Shown here: positions 19,011 to 29,812 of the stretch, piece after piece
Position numbering within the stretch: the stretch's first letter is position 1
How the letters are laid out: each line of letters starts with the position of its first letter
Origin: Acidimicrobiia bacterium
GTDB taxonomy: Bacteria > Actinomycetota > Acidimicrobiia > Spongiisociales > ZC4RG35
Length of the DNA: 64,000 nucleotides
NCBI GenBank assembly: GCA_965215185.1
Contig: OZ244034.1
Location: forward strand, 800,001-864,000
Direction: 5' to 3'
Position numbers and translations under genes: made by a program
Notes under the pieces: generated by a model
Database searches by the model: none
Told to the model about the DNA's origin: nothing
The model's input: only the letters and a program-made list of their open reading frames with translations

Positions 19011-21628
19011 TGTCCACCCTTGCCCTGATTGACGGGCATTCGATCGCCTACCGGGCTTTCTATGCCCTTCCCAAAGATCTCGCCACTTCTTCGGGGGAGG
19101 TGACCAACGCCGTTTTTGGGTTCATCCGCATGCTCATCAGGCTGTTGGCCGATGAAAACCCTGACGCATTGGCGGTGGTTTGGGATGTTTCCCGGCAAAC
19201 TTTTCGCGCCGAACTCTATCCCGCGTACAAGGCCCAGCGTTCTCGGACTCCCGACCTCCTGACCCCCCAGTTCTCGCTGCTTGAGAAGCTTCTGGAAGCT
19301 CTGGAGGTGCCGCAGCTTCGCAAAGAGGGCTTCGAGGCTGACGATGTGATCGCCTCTTTGGCTAGACAAGCCACCGAGGAGGGGTGGGAAGTGTTGGCGG
19401 TCACCGGTGATCGGGATGTCTTCCAATTGGTCGACGATCAGTTTCGGGTTCTCTACACCCGTCGGGGAGTCTCCGACACCGTGAAAGTTACCCCCGCCTG
19501 GGTGGAGAAACGTTACTCTGTGCCGCCCCGTCGGTATGTGGAGTTGGCTGCCCTTCGTGGAGACGTTTCCGACAATCTTCCGGGGGTTCCCGGGGTGGGA
19601 GAGAAGATCGCTGCCCGGCTGATCAAACAATATGGTGGAGTCGAGAGGATCTATGAGAACCTGGAAGATCTCACCCCCCGATTGCGCTCCAACCTTGCAG
19701 AACATCGTTCCCAGGTGATTCTGAATAAGCAGATGATGACGCTTCGCTCCGACTTGGAGTTGGAAGTGGCGATCCCTGATTTGATACGGCGGGCCTGGGA
19801 TGTGGAGCGAGTCAGAGACCTGGTTACCTCCCTGGAATTCTTCAGCCTCTGGTCAGATTTGCAATCGGTGCAGGTTGGAGAGGTCGACCAAGATCTGGGA
19901 AGGCCGGAGGTGGACACCCGGGCCTTGACAACGGCAGAAGCCGTAGCGAGGCTGGGGGATCTGGATCATCTGGTGATGGAATTGGTGCGGGACCAGCATT
20001 TCGTGGGGTTGGCCGTTCGTGAGGGAGATGACCGCGTAGCCCTGGTCCCCTCGGATTTGCTTGGGACCCTGGCAGAGGTGCTGGCCGACCCCACCCGCCC
20101 GAAGATAACCCACGACGCCAAACCCCTAATAAGGTGGTTGAACACCAAGGGATTAGCGCTTCAGGGCCTGGAATTCGACACGGCCCTAGCCGCCTATGTC
20201 GTCAATCCCGCCACCGGCCGCTATCAACTCGACCAACTGGCCGAGCAAATGATCGGATTCTCCCTCACCGAGGACCTATCCGAAGAGGATCGGCCTGCCC
20301 AGGGAAGCCTGGTCTTCGATCCGCTGCCCCGTTTCAATCAGATCGGTCTACGGGTCGAGGTCATCGCCCGGCTGGTGGAGGCTCTTCGCTCCGAACTGGA
20401 GGAACGGGAGGAACTGGATCTGTTTTTGGATGTGGAACTTCCCGTGGTGGCGGTGCTGGCGGATATGGAGGAGGTCGGGATCGCCGTGGACCGGGACTAC
20501 CTGGTGGAGATGAGCGGCCGGCTTCGAACCGATATCGCCCAACTGGAACAACGTATCTATGAACTGGCGGGAGGAGAGTTCAATGTCAACTCCACCCTGC
20601 AACTGCGGGAGGTCCTGTTTGGAAGACTGGGGCTTCCGGTGCTCAAGAAGACCGCCACCGGTTTGCCCTCCACCGATGCCTCGGTGCTTGGCAAGTTGAG
20701 CCATCCCATGGTGGAGTTGCTATTGGAATTCCGGCAACTGGAGAAGATCCGTTCCTCTCATGTGGATGGATACCTCTCCCTGATCGGCGGCGACGGCCGT
20801 ATCCACACTCGTTTCAATCAAATGGGTACCTCCACCGGCCGGGTCTCCTCCGAAAACCCGAATTTGCAGACCATACCTATTCGCACCGAACTCGGCAGGA
20901 CGGTTAGAAGGGCGTTTGTGGCGGGACCGGGCCGGATGCTATTGGTGGCCGACTATTCCCAGATCGAGTTGCGGGTGCTCGCTCATCTCAGTCGCGATCC
21001 CGGTCTGGTGGAAGCATTCCTGTCCGATTTCGACATCCACACCGCCACGGCCGCCCGAGTCTTTGACGTGGGCGTCTCCGAAGTGACCGCCGACATGCGC
21101 AGACGGGCCAAAACCATAAACTTCGGATTGCTGTACGGCATGGAGGCATTTGGGCTGTCCCAGCGGTTGAGTATCTCCCGGGACGAGGCCGCCGAGCACA
21201 TCGAAGCCTATTTCTCCCAATTCCCGGCAGTGAAGTCTTTCATGGACGGAATGGTGTTGGAAGCGCGCCGACTGGGTTATACGACCACCCTCTTCAAACG
21301 CCGTCGCTACCTGCCCGAATTGCGAAGCGACGATTTCCGGATACGGCAGATGGGGGAGCGGATGGCGCTCAACGCTCCCGTGCAGGGATCGGCGGCGGAC
21401 ATCATCAAAAAGGCCATGATCACCCTCTCCTCCCAACTGCCGGCGGTCAGCGCAGAATGTAGCCTTCTGCTGCAGATCCACGACGAACTGGTCATTGAGA
21501 TGCCCGAAGACGACCTCCCAGCGGTAACCGCCTTGACCGTTGAGGTGATGGAGGGCGTCGCGAAACTGGTGGTACCCCTCAAGGTGGATGTGGCGTCTGG
21601 GCGCAATCTCGCCGAATGCAAGAGCTAG
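19010..21628 (+). CDS. polA: DNA polymerase I
   Basis: LIDGHSIAYRAFYA, FEADDVIA, ADYSQIELRVLAH, RRRAKTINFGLLYG, LLQIHDEL. Confidence 0.98.
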   Translation: MSTLALIDGHSIAYRAFYALPKDLATSSGEVTNAVFGFIRMLIRLLADENPDALAVVWDVSRQTFRAELYPAYKAQRSRTPDLLTPQFSLLEKLLEALEVPQLRKEGFEADDVIASLARQATEEGWEVLAVTGDRDVFQLVDDQFRVLYTRRGVSDTVKVTPAWVEKRYSVPPRRYVELAALRGDVSDNLPGVPGVGEKIAARLIKQYGGVERIYENLEDLTPRLRSNLAEHRSQVILNKQMMTLRSDLELEVAIPDLIRRAWDVERVRDLVTSLEFFSLWSDLQSVQVGEVDQDLGRPEVDTRALTTAEAVARLGDLDHLVMELVRDQHFVGLAVREGDDRVALVPSDLLGTLAEVLADPTRPKITHDAKPLIRWLNTKGLALQGLEFDTALAAYVVNPATGRYQLDQLAEQMIGFSLTEDLSEEDRPAQGSLVFDPLPRFNQIGLRVEVIARLVEALRSELEEREELDLFLDVELPVVAVLADMEEVGIAVDRDYLVEMSGRLRTDIAQLEQRIYELAGGEFNVNSTLQLREVLFGRLGLPVLKKTATGLPSTDASVLGKLSHPMVELLLEFRQLEKIRSSHVDGYLSLIGGDGRIHTRFNQMGTSTGRVSSENPNLQTIPIRTELGRTVRRAFVAGPGRMLLVADYSQIELRVLAHLSRDPGLVEAFLSDFDIHTATAARVFDVGVSEVTADMRRRAKTINFGLLYGMEAFGLSQRLSISRDEAAEHIEAYFSQFPAVKSFMDGMVLEARRLGYTTTLFKRRRYLPELRSDDFRIRQMGERMALNAPVQGSAADIIKKAMITLSSQLPAVSAECSLLLQIHDELVIEMPEDDLPAVTALTVEVMEGVAKLVVPLKVDVASGRNLAECKS

Positions 21629-21751
21629 AAACAAAAAAACAGAGGAGGCGGTTTGATTTGCAGGCAGCGATTGGCCGTGCCAAACTTAGCGACCTAGTGC
21701 CGCGGCATTGCCGCGTGCCTTGGACAGGAAAGGACCTATCCCCACCCACTA

Positions 21752-23389
21752 ATGAATGAACAACCAACAGACGTGCCCGGCGAGGAGGCGGCGGTGCCAG
21801 CTTCATCCCTGACCGCGGTCATGGATAATAAGCCGAAGGCAGAAACCCTCACCACAGAAATCGGCGATTCCGACACCGCCGAAATCTTGGAATCCGACAC
21901 CACCCAGTCCGATGCTTCCGACATCACTGAGGTAGGCGAATCCGACACCACCCAGTCCGATGCTTCCGACATCACTGAGGTAGGCGAATCCGACACCACC
22001 CAGTCCGATGCTTCCGACATCACTGAGGTAGGCGAATCCGACACCACCCAGTCCGAGTCCGGCTCCGACATCACTGAGGTAGGCGAATCCGACACCACCC
22101 AGTCCGATGCTTCCGACATCACTGAGGTAGGCGAATCCGTCACCACCGAAGATGAAGCCGACCTCTTGGACGATAAAACGATGTTCGAGCAGGCTCTTGG
22201 CCGCAACATCAGGGTTTTCAAGGAGAACGAACTGGTGGAGGGAACGGTGGTCAGTGTTGACATTGAAGGCGCGCTGGTCGATATCGGTTTTAAATCGGAA
22301 GCTTTGATTCCTGCCGCAGAGCTTTCTATCCGCAAGAACGTGGATCCGCGCAACATCGTCTCGGTGGGTGAGACGGTAGAAGGAGTCGTTCTCACTCGCG
22401 AGGATGAAAACGGCCGACCCATCCTTTCCATGAAACGTGCCCAGTACAAGCGAGCTTGGACCAAGGTCGAAGAGGTTCACAAGGATGGCAAATCCGTAAA
22501 GGGGACCGTGATCGAAGTGGTCAAGGGCGGGCTGATTGTAGACATCGGCCTACGCGGCTTTCTCCCCGCATCGCTGGTGGGTCTGCGCAGGGTGTGCAAC
22601 CTGCACCCCTTCATTGACACCGAAATCGAGGCCAAGGTCATCGAGTTGGATCGCCAACGCAACAACGTGGTTCTCTCCCGGCGCGCCTTTTTGGAGGAGG
22701 AACAGGCCGAGGAGCGGGACGGCTTCATGAATAGGCTGGTGGAAGGGGAGGTCCGAGAGGGAACGGTTTCGTCGGTGGTGCCCTTCGGGGCGTTTGTCGA
22801 TCTGGGCAAGATGGACGGCTTGGTCCATGTTTCCGAACTCGCCTGGACCCACATCAGCCATCCCTCCGAAGTGGTCGAGGTTGGAGCCACCGTCACCGTC
22901 AAGGTGTTGGAAGTCGATCGCGAACGGGAACGGATTTCTCTCTCCATTAGGCAGACGCTGGAAGACCCCTGGTCGCTGTTCTCCCAAGCCAATGAGGTGG
23001 GGAGCATCATCGATGGCAAGGTAACCAAAACAGTGCCTTTCGGAGCCTTTGTCGCCATCGCCGATGGGGTGGAAGGCTTGGTGCATGTTTCGGAGATAGC
23101 TATGCACCGGGTCGAATCTCCGGAGATGGAGCTATCCATCGGCCAAGACATCAAAGTCAAGATCACCGAGTTGGACACCAACCGTAGGCGGGTCAGTCTC
23201 TCGGTGAAGCAGGCGCTGTCCGAGTGGAAGGATGCCGGTCAGGCGGCCCGACCCCGTCCTCGTCGGGAGGAGAGGCCCCGCCCGCCGCCCCGGGAGGAGC
23301 CGGAGACCGAGCGTCGCTCAGTTCGGGTCGACTCTTCCCTTGAAGCGATCCTCGAAGAACTCAAGAAGCGGGGCATCGGGGGCAGATAA
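21752..23389 (+). CDS. rpsA: 30S ribosomal protein S1 with acidic repeat N-terminal extension
   Basis: Four S1 domains (VDIGFKSEA, GLRGFLPASL, DGLVHVSEL, EGLVHVSEI); polA-rpsA-coaE-uvrB synteny. Confidence 0.95.
   Translation: MNEQPTDVPGEEAAVPASSLTAVMDNKPKAETLTTEIGDSDTAEILESDTTQSDASDITEVGESDTTQSDASDITEVGESDTTQSDASDITEVGESDTTQSESGSDITEVGESDTTQSDASDITEVGESVTTEDEADLLDDKTMFEQALGRNIRVFKENELVEGTVVSVDIEGALVDIGFKSEALIPAAELSIRKNVDPRNIVSVGETVEGVVLTREDENGRPILSMKRAQYKRAWTKVEEVHKDGKSVKGTVIEVVKGGLIVDIGLRGFLPASLVGLRRVCNLHPFIDTEIEAKVIELDRQRNNVVLSRRAFLEEEQAEERDGFMNRLVEGEVREGTVSSVVPFGAFVDLGKMDGLVHVSELAWTHISHPSEVVEVGATVTVKVLEVDRERERISLSIRQTLEDPWSLFSQANEVGSIIDGKVTKTVPFGAFVAIADGVEGLVHVSEIAMHRVESPEMELSIGQDIKVKITELDTNRRRVSLSVKQALSEWKDAGQAARPRPRREERPRPPPREEPETERRSVRVDSSLEAILEELKKRGIGGR
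21890..22139 (+). repeat. coding tandem repeat, 5 copies of a 48-bp unit (4th copy 51 bp)
   Basis: gaatccgacaccacccagtccgatgcttccgacatcactgaggtaggc = ESDTTQSDASDITEVG. Confidence 0.97.
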
Positions 23390-23409
23390 ACCTCGGGGGC
23401 CAAAGGCGG

Positions 23410-24000
23410 ATGAGCCAAACTCCCCCCCGGGTGGTGGTTACCGGAGCAATAGGTTCCGGAAAAAGCCTGGTCTGTTCACTGCTCTCCCAATGGGGAGTGG
23501 CGGTAATCGACGCAGATCGTTTGGGCCATGCGGTGTTGGAACCCGCAGGAGAGGCCTATCCGCAAGTGGCGGCCCGTTGGCCGGAGGCGGTGTCGGAAGG
23601 CAGAATCGTTCGGCCCCGTCTGGGAGAGATCGTCTTCTCCGATCCCGCACAGCTCTCCGAGTTGATGACTTTGACGCACCCCCATATCCGGGCCCGGATT
23701 TTCGGTGAGGTGGATCGATATCCGAATAGTCCGGTGGCGGTAGAGATCTCGGCGCCGTCCCCGTCGGTGATGCCCGATTGGCCGGTGCTGGTGGTGGATG
23801 CCGATCCCAATACCATCCGCCGACGCCTGCTGGCGCGGGGGATGAGCGACGCCGATATCGGAAGGCGTATGGCATCCCAACGGTCTCGTGAGGGGTGGCT
23901 GGAGATGGCCGACTATGTGATCGCCAACCGTTTCGGGAAGGATGTACTGGCCGAGGCGGTGGAGGGAACCGCCCGCCAGATCGGCCTGTTGTCACAGTAA
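23410..24000 (+). CDS. coaE: dephospho-CoA kinase
   Basis: TGAIGSGKS, VIDAD, RLGEIVF, THPHI, RMASQ. Confidence 0.93.
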   Translation: MSQTPPRVVVTGAIGSGKSLVCSLLSQWGVAVIDADRLGHAVLEPAGEAYPQVAARWPEAVSEGRIVRPRLGEIVFSDPAQLSELMTLTHPHIRARIFGEVDRYPNSPVAVEISAPSPSVMPDWPVLVVDADPNTIRRRLLARGMSDADIGRRMASQRSREGWLEMADYVIANRFGKDVLAEAVEGTARQIGLLSQ

Positions 24001-24024
24001 CCCGATACGATTCGAATACAGATT

Positions 24025-26034
24025 ATGAATCGTTTCGAAGTCAAAGCGGACTATTCCCCATCCGGTGACCAGCCAGCGGCGATCACTGCCTTGGCGCGCG
24101 GCCTGGAGCAGGGAGAACGCTTCCAGACTCTGTTGGGGATCACCGGCTCCGGCAAGTCCGCCACCGTAGCGTGGACCATCGAACAGGCTCAGCGGCCGGC
24201 CTTGGTCATTGCTCCCAACAAAGCACTGGCGGCCCAGTTGGCCAACGAGTTTCGCCAGTTATTCCCCAACAACCGGGTGGAGTATTTCGTCTCCTACTAC
24301 GACTACTACCAGCCCGAGGCCTACATGCCCCAGACCGACACCTACATCGAAAAAGACTCCAGCATCAACGATGAAATAGACGGTTTGCGCCATTCTGCGA
24401 CTTCAGGGCTGATGGTGCGCGACGACGTGATCATCGTTGCTTCGGTCTCCTGCATTTACGGTTTGGGATCCCCCGAGCAGTACGAAGGTCAACTCCTGCG
24501 GTTGGTCAGAGGGGTGGAGTTTCCTTTGTCCGAGGCGCTGCGGCGGCTGGTGATGCTTCAATACCAGCGAAACGAGGTCAGCCTGGCCCGAGGACGTTTC
24601 CGGGTAAAGGGGGACACTCTCGACATCTTCCCCACCTACCAGGAGACGGTGATTCGGGTGGAGTATTTCGGGGATGAGGTGGACCGGATCGTCTCTTTGA
24701 ATCCGGTAACGGGGGATAAGATCGCCGACTTGAGCGAACTCCACGTTTTCCCCGCCACCCACTATGTGACTCCCGAGGAGCGGATGGCCGAGGCGATCAG
24801 ACAGATCCAACAGGAGTTGGTGGAACGGCTGTCGGTGCTGGAAAGCGAGGGGAAACTTCTCGAGGCCCAGCGGCTGCGAATGCGCACCAACTACGACCTG
24901 GAGATGATGAGAGAGATCGGTTACTGCTCGGGGATCGAGAACTATTCGCGTTATCTGGACGGACGGGAACCCGGTGAACCCCCCTACACCCTGTTGGACT
25001 ACTTCCCGGACGACTACATCACCATTGTCGATGAGTCCCACATCACCCTGCCTCAGATCGGGGGGCAATTCGAAGCTGATCGGAGCAGGAAAGAGGTGTT
25101 GGTGGAGCACGGTTTTCGGCTGCCTTCGGCTCTGGACAACCGACCGCTGCGCTTCGATGAGTGGATGGATCGCACCGGACAGGTGATCTGCATGTCGGCT
25201 ACGCCCGGCGCTTTCGAACGGCAGAGGTGTCCCAAGCCCGTGGAACTTCTGATCCGTCCCACCGGGCTGGTCGATCCGGAGGTGATCGTCCGTCCCACCA
25301 AGGGACAGATCGACGACCTCCTGGGTGAGATCCGTCAGCGGGCCGCCGCCGACCAACGGGTGCTGGTCACCACTATCACCAAGAAGATGTCCGAGGACCT
25401 CTCCGATTACCTGCTGGAGATGGGAGTGCGGGCCAGGTATCTGCATTCGGAGATCGACACCCTGGAACGAGTGCACATTCTCCGGGAATTGCGAATGGGC
25501 GACTTCGATGTTTTGGTGGGCATCAACCTCCTCCGCGAGGGCTTGGACCTGCCCGAAGTGTCGCTGGTGGCGATCCTCGACGCCGACAAGCAGGGGTTTC
25601 TGCGTTCGGAGACGTCACTCATCCAGATCATGGGCAGAGCAGCCCGGAATGTGGACGGACAGGTGGTGATGTACGCCGATTCGATCACCAAATCCATGGA
25701 GAGTGCTATCGGCGAGACGAATCGTCGCCGCACCCGCCAGATGGAGTACAACACCAAACACGGAATCGATCCCCAGACCATCCGCAAACGCATCACCGAC
25801 ATCCTTGAGTTGGTGGCCTCCCAGGCGCCGGCGGTGGAAAGACGCAAAGGCCCGCGGGTGGAACGGGACATCATCGACCTGACCGGAGACGACCTTTCCC
25901 GAGTGATTCTGTCCCTCGAGGAGGAAATGCGACAGGCCGCCACCGAACTCCGATTCGAATACGCTGCTCGTCTCCGAGACGAGGTGGCGGAACTGAAGAA
26001 AGAGCGCCGGCAACTCTCCCAAGTCCTCGCTTGA
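24025..26034 (+). CDS. uvrB: excinuclease ABC subunit B
   Basis: [47 protein letters not shown]-terminal UVR domain. Confidence 0.98.
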   Translation: MNRFEVKADYSPSGDQPAAITALARGLEQGERFQTLLGITGSGKSATVAWTIEQAQRPALVIAPNKALAAQLANEFRQLFPNNRVEYFVSYYDYYQPEAYMPQTDTYIEKDSSINDEIDGLRHSATSGLMVRDDVIIVASVSCIYGLGSPEQYEGQLLRLVRGVEFPLSEALRRLVMLQYQRNEVSLARGRFRVKGDTLDIFPTYQETVIRVEYFGDEVDRIVSLNPVTGDKIADLSELHVFPATHYVTPEERMAEAIRQIQQELVERLSVLESEGKLLEAQRLRMRTNYDLEMMREIGYCSGIENYSRYLDGREPGEPPYTLLDYFPDDYITIVDESHITLPQIGGQFEADRSRKEVLVEHGFRLPSALDNRPLRFDEWMDRTGQVICMSATPGAFERQRCPKPVELLIRPTGLVDPEVIVRPTKGQIDDLLGEIRQRAAADQRVLVTTITKKMSEDLSDYLLEMGVRARYLHSEIDTLERVHILRELRMGDFDVLVGINLLREGLDLPEVSLVAILDADKQGFLRSETSLIQIMGRAARNVDGQVVMYADSITKSMESAIGETNRRRTRQMEYNTKHGIDPQTIRKRITDILELVASQAPAVERRKGPRVERDIIDLTGDDLSRVILSLEEEMRQAATELRFEYAARLRDEVAELKKERRQLSQVLA

Positions 26035-26295
26035 GAAACCAGGGCGCCCGGCGCCTGTGGAGGGAAAAACGGTCCTACGTTTTGTAGGACGTCCTTACCC
26101 AGGCGACCGTGGCGTATCCCCAACTGGCGCCGGGAAGCAACATTGGACAGGAGGCGATGAACGCTGCGAGGGTGATGTTGGCAACAACCTGACCTCGCGA
26201 AGCGGCGGCGCCTTGCAGTCGGCTTGTCTTCAGATGTTGGAGACGGTGCCTATTTCTCTACGGAGCGGCTCAATAAACCAAAGTCCATGGGTAAA

Positions 26296-27531
26296 TCAAG
26301 CCAGCCTTCCCTGGGTGTCCTTGTAGATCCGGCCGCCTTTGATCACTGCCACTATGCGGTCGGGTTCGGCCAGCACTTCGATCTCGTCCAGAGGTCGGCC
26401 TTCCACCAGGATGAGATCGGCGTCTTTGCCCACTTCGACAGTGCCGATCCGATCTTCCATGTAGAACAGCTCGGCGTTGCCGGTGGTGGCGGTGGCGATG
26501 GCCTCGGCCGGGCTCATGAATTTGGCTTTGTTGGGTAGCTCCCGGCCTCGTCTATCCTGCAGCGGCCCGACGATGTCGGAACCCGAACCAACTTTGACTC
26601 CGGTCTCTTCCATGATCTCGATGCTTCGTCCCACTGCTGACTCCACTGCCTGGAGCTTGGTCAACTGCGAAGGAGTCAAGCCCGCTCTTTCCGGATTCTC
26701 CAACAGGTCGTACTTAACCGCTAGGGTCACCACCGCGAACGCGTCTGATGCAACGATCTGTCGGGCGGCGTCCTCATCGAGGATGCTGGCGTGCTCTATG
26801 GAACGAATACCAGCAGATATGGCCCGCCTTATCGCGTCGGAGGTATGGCAGTGGGCAAGCACATAGGTATGCCAATCGGCCGCGGCTTCCACTGCCGCCC
26901 GCAGTTCCTCGTAGCTGAACTGGAGGCTGTCGAAAGGATCGGTGGGGGAGAGCACTCCTCCTGAACTGAATACCTTGAGTTGGGTTGCGCCCTTGCGCAG
27001 CTGTTCGCGGGCGGCGCGGCGAACCTCATCAACCCCATCCACGATCTCCGGGGTGGCCGACAGCCCGGGAATGCTGCCTCGAGGATGCACGATGTGATGA
27101 GCTGGGCGTAGATCCCCGTGCCCACCGGTCTGCGATAGCACGGACCCGGACGGAAGGATCCGGGGTCCGGCGATGACGCCCTGTTCCACCAGCCGCGCCC
27201 AGTGGGGATCGAGACCTCCGGCGTCCCGAACGGTGGTGAAACCCTCTTGCAGGGTGTTCTCTATGACTCCCCGGACCGTGAAGACGTAGTCGATCCAAGG
27301 TAGATCACCGATTCCGCCGGCCGGGTCAACCAAGCCCATATGCACGTGTGCGTCGGTGAGTCCGGGCATCAGTGTCAAACCTGTAGCATCGATCACTTGG
27401 TCGGGAGAGCTTCCCGCTCCCGGACCGATTCCGCTGATCAGAGACCCTGACACCGCGACATCCATCCCTCCGCGAGGGTCGTTGCCGGTGCCGTCCAGGA
27501 GTTCGGCGTTGCGGATTACCAGCCGGTTCAT
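26296..27531 (-). CDS. metal-dependent amidohydrolase (prolidase-like subgroup)
   Basis: PGLTDAHVH, GFTTVRDAGG, TGGHGD, LAHC, SIEHA, GSD, GKDADL. Confidence 0.9.
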   Translation of the reverse strand: MNRLVIRNAELLDGTGNDPRGGMDVAVSGSLISGIGPGAGSSPDQVIDATGLTLMPGLTDAHVHMGLVDPAGGIGDLPWIDYVFTVRGVIENTLQEGFTTVRDAGGLDPHWARLVEQGVIAGPRILPSGSVLSQTGGHGDLRPAHHIVHPRGSIPGLSATPEIVDGVDEVRRAAREQLRKGATQLKVFSSGGVLSPTDPFDSLQFSYEELRAAVEAAADWHTYVLAHCHTSDAIRRAISAGIRSIEHASILDEDAARQIVASDAFAVVTLAVKYDLLENPERAGLTPSQLTKLQAVESAVGRSIEIMEETGVKVGSGSDIVGPLQDRRGRELPNKAKFMSPAEAIATATTGNAELFYMEDRIGTVEVGKDADLILVEGRPLDEIEVLAEPDRIVAVIKGGRIYKDTQGRLA

Positions 27532-28580
27532 TCTGCGTTTCCTACCGGGTAGTCGAGCGCCATCTCGGGGATGACAAAGCTGCCGCGGTCGAGGATCTGT
27601 TTGTCGTCAACCCAGATGGAGTGGTTACGGGTGGGGATGTCGAAATGGAAGGGTGCTCGGTTCTCCCCGTCGAGGCCCCGCATGAAGTTGGCGCCGAAGG
27701 CTATCAGCATGTCACCGTAATAGCACTCCACATCCATTGCTCCCCCTCCTTCCCAGAAGCGAAGCCCCAAAGCATTCCAGTTGGCCCGGTGTTCGTATCC
27801 CCAACCGATGTGGGAGACGCCGTAGGCGCGTTGGTCGCGGGGCAATTCGAACAAGTCCTTGGCGAGTCGGGCGTCGGCGCCACCTTCCAGCGAGACGATG
27901 CTTCCTTCCCGCAACTCCATTCGGATCGGAGACGTTATGTATCGGCCCAGGTTGAGCAGGCAGTCACTCTCATCAAGCACCAGAGTCCCTTCCGCGGAGT
28001 GCTCCAAGGGGGCCACCGCCACCTGACCCGACGGCCAGTGATCCCAGCGTCCCGGCTGGTCCGAGTAGCCGTACTGAACTCCAACCGGACGTCCCTCGTA
28101 GCTAAGCGTGAGATCGGTTCCTGCCTCCGACTGGATCCGTAGAGTGGTGCCCTCCTCCATCAGTGCCTGGCTGACTTCAGCCCGGTGGCGAATTTCGGGA
28201 ATGGGGAACATACGGCGTAGTATGTCTTCGGGCTCTTCGATCATCAGAGTGCGCGCTCCGGCATCGAGGGCGGCGTTGTGAGCATCGCTGTATATCCAGG
28301 CGGTGGTCAGCATCCCCACCACCAGATCAGAGCCTTTCCAAGCATCGATGATTCCCTTGGATTTCATCCACTCCTCGTCGGCCCCCACCACAATCTGGAA
28401 GAAGTTGGCGCCCAGCACCCGCGCGGCGCCGGCCAACGCGGTGGTGTACGCCTCATTGCTCATGGTGTCGGTGAAGCCCAGCACCGTCTCGCCTGGCTTC
28501 ACATTGCACAATTTCAGTTGGTCCCGAAATAGGGGAACCAGTTCTGCTCCGGCCGCGGCAGTGGTTGGGACTCGACGCAT
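27528..28580 (-). CDS. 2,5-dihydroxypyridine 5,6-dioxygenase (NicX)-like / peptidase M29-fold protein
   Basis: PGRWDHWPSG, SHIGWG and HFDIP motifs as in NicX. Confidence 0.78.
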   Translation of the reverse strand: MRRVPTTAAAGAELVPLFRDQLKLCNVKPGETVLGFTDTMSNEAYTTALAGAARVLGANFFQIVVGADEEWMKSKGIIDAWKGSDLVVGMLTTAWIYSDAHNAALDAGARTLMIEEPEDILRRMFPIPEIRHRAEVSQALMEEGTTLRIQSEAGTDLTLSYEGRPVGVQYGYSDQPGRWDHWPSGQVAVAPLEHSAEGTLVLDESDCLLNLGRYITSPIRMELREGSIVSLEGGADARLAKDLFELPRDQRAYGVSHIGWGYEHRANWNALGLRFWEGGGAMDVECYYGDMLIAFGANFMRGLDGENRAPFHFDIPTRNHSIWVDDKQILDRGSFVIPEMALDYPVGNAE

Positions 28581-28669
28581 TAAGGACTCCTTGTTGGATT
28601 GCTCCAGCGTATAGTACGGGAGATGCTGCTGGTCGCGCCCTTCCGGTTGGCCCCCTTTATCCTTCTACC

Positions 28670-29716
28670 ATGAGTCTTCGATTCGGTTTGATTGGAACAG
28701 GAGGGGCCGGTCACCTCTTCGCGGGCGCACTGGCGAGGCGGCCCGGTGGTTCCAAATTGGTGGCGGTGTGTTCCCGCAACCGGGAGAGGGCCACCGATTT
28801 TGCTTCCACATATGGTGTGACGCAGGTGTTCTGCGACTGGCGTGAGCTGTTGGAAGCGTCGGGGATCGAAGCGGTCTGTTTGGCGACGCCCACCGGAGAT
28901 CACGCCGAGATGACGATCGCGGCCGCCGCCCGCGGACTGCATGTTCTCACCGAGAAGCCGATGTCCAACACGGTGGCCGAAGCTGACCGGATGACCGCCG
29001 CCTGCGACCAGGCAGAAGTGAGATTGGGGGTCATCTACATGTACCGCTTCATGGACACTGTCCTGCACATGAAGCAGGCGGTGACGCAGGGACTGATCGG
29101 TCAACCCCTCATGGCCGAATGCGTGGGGTTGTTCTTCCGCGGTCAGTCCTATTACGACTCGGCGCAGTGGCGGGGCAGATGGGCGTCGGAGGGCGGGGGA
29201 TCGCTTCTCACCCAGACCAGCCACACCCTGGATCTGATGATCTGGATGTTGGGCGATGTCGAGGCGGTGGCCGGGTTCTATGCCACCAGCCCTCTTCATC
29301 GGATCGAGGTGGAGGACCAGACCGTGGGGGTGCTGCGCTTTGCCAATGGCGCTCTGGCCACTGTAGTGAGTACCACTGCCGCGGTCAATCCGCAACCGCG
29401 CAGCCTCACCATCCGCGGCACCCAGGGAACGGTGGGTTTGGTGGACGACGATTTGGTGCAATGGGACGTCCCCGGCGGGCCGTCACCTCAGATAGAGGAG
29501 TTGATGAGCGGGGGATCGGTCGACCGGGGTGACACGCTCACCACTGCTGGTTACACCGACCCCACCTTGCATTTTCGCCAGATGGAGGACTTCGTGGCGG
29601 CCGTGGCGCAAGGTCGTCCGCCGCTGGTTGACGGCCGGCAGGGACGCCGGACCACGGCGGTGATGCAGGCCCTGTATGAATCGTCTCGCCGTGGGGAGAT
29701 ACTGAGGCCTGCCTGA
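28670..29716 (+). CDS. Gfo/Idh/MocA family oxidoreductase
   Basis: GLIGTGG, HVLTEKP, WRGRWASEGGG..LTQTSHTLD, VED. Confidence 0.92.
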   Translation: MSLRFGLIGTGGAGHLFAGALARRPGGSKLVAVCSRNRERATDFASTYGVTQVFCDWRELLEASGIEAVCLATPTGDHAEMTIAAAARGLHVLTEKPMSNTVAEADRMTAACDQAEVRLGVIYMYRFMDTVLHMKQAVTQGLIGQPLMAECVGLFFRGQSYYDSAQWRGRWASEGGGSLLTQTSHTLDLMIWMLGDVEAVAGFYATSPLHRIEVEDQTVGVLRFANGALATVVSTTAAVNPQPRSLTIRGTQGTVGLVDDDLVQWDVPGGPSPQIEELMSGGSVDRGDTLTTAGYTDPTLHFRQMEDFVAAVAQGRPPLVDGRQGRRTTAVMQALYESSRRGEILRPA

Positions 29717-29812
29717 AGCCCTCCGATCGGTCCTTTGGAGCAACAGAAGCACACCCGGGCGCTCCGTCACGAAGGTCTGATCATCGCCTCGGGCTGGTAC
29801 GACTAGCCGGTC

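Noticed and set aside
21890-22139. Regular repeats as a CRISPR array
   Set aside because: Units are contiguous with no unique spacers, are multiples of 3, lie in frame in rpsA, and no cas genes are present
26040-26260. SAM-I riboswitch or HDV-like ribozyme (gtggaggga, ggtgcc, ctggcgccggg..gcaaca)
   Set aside because: Core pairings and motif spacing do not fit, and there is no downstream same-strand gene; kept only as a generic structured region
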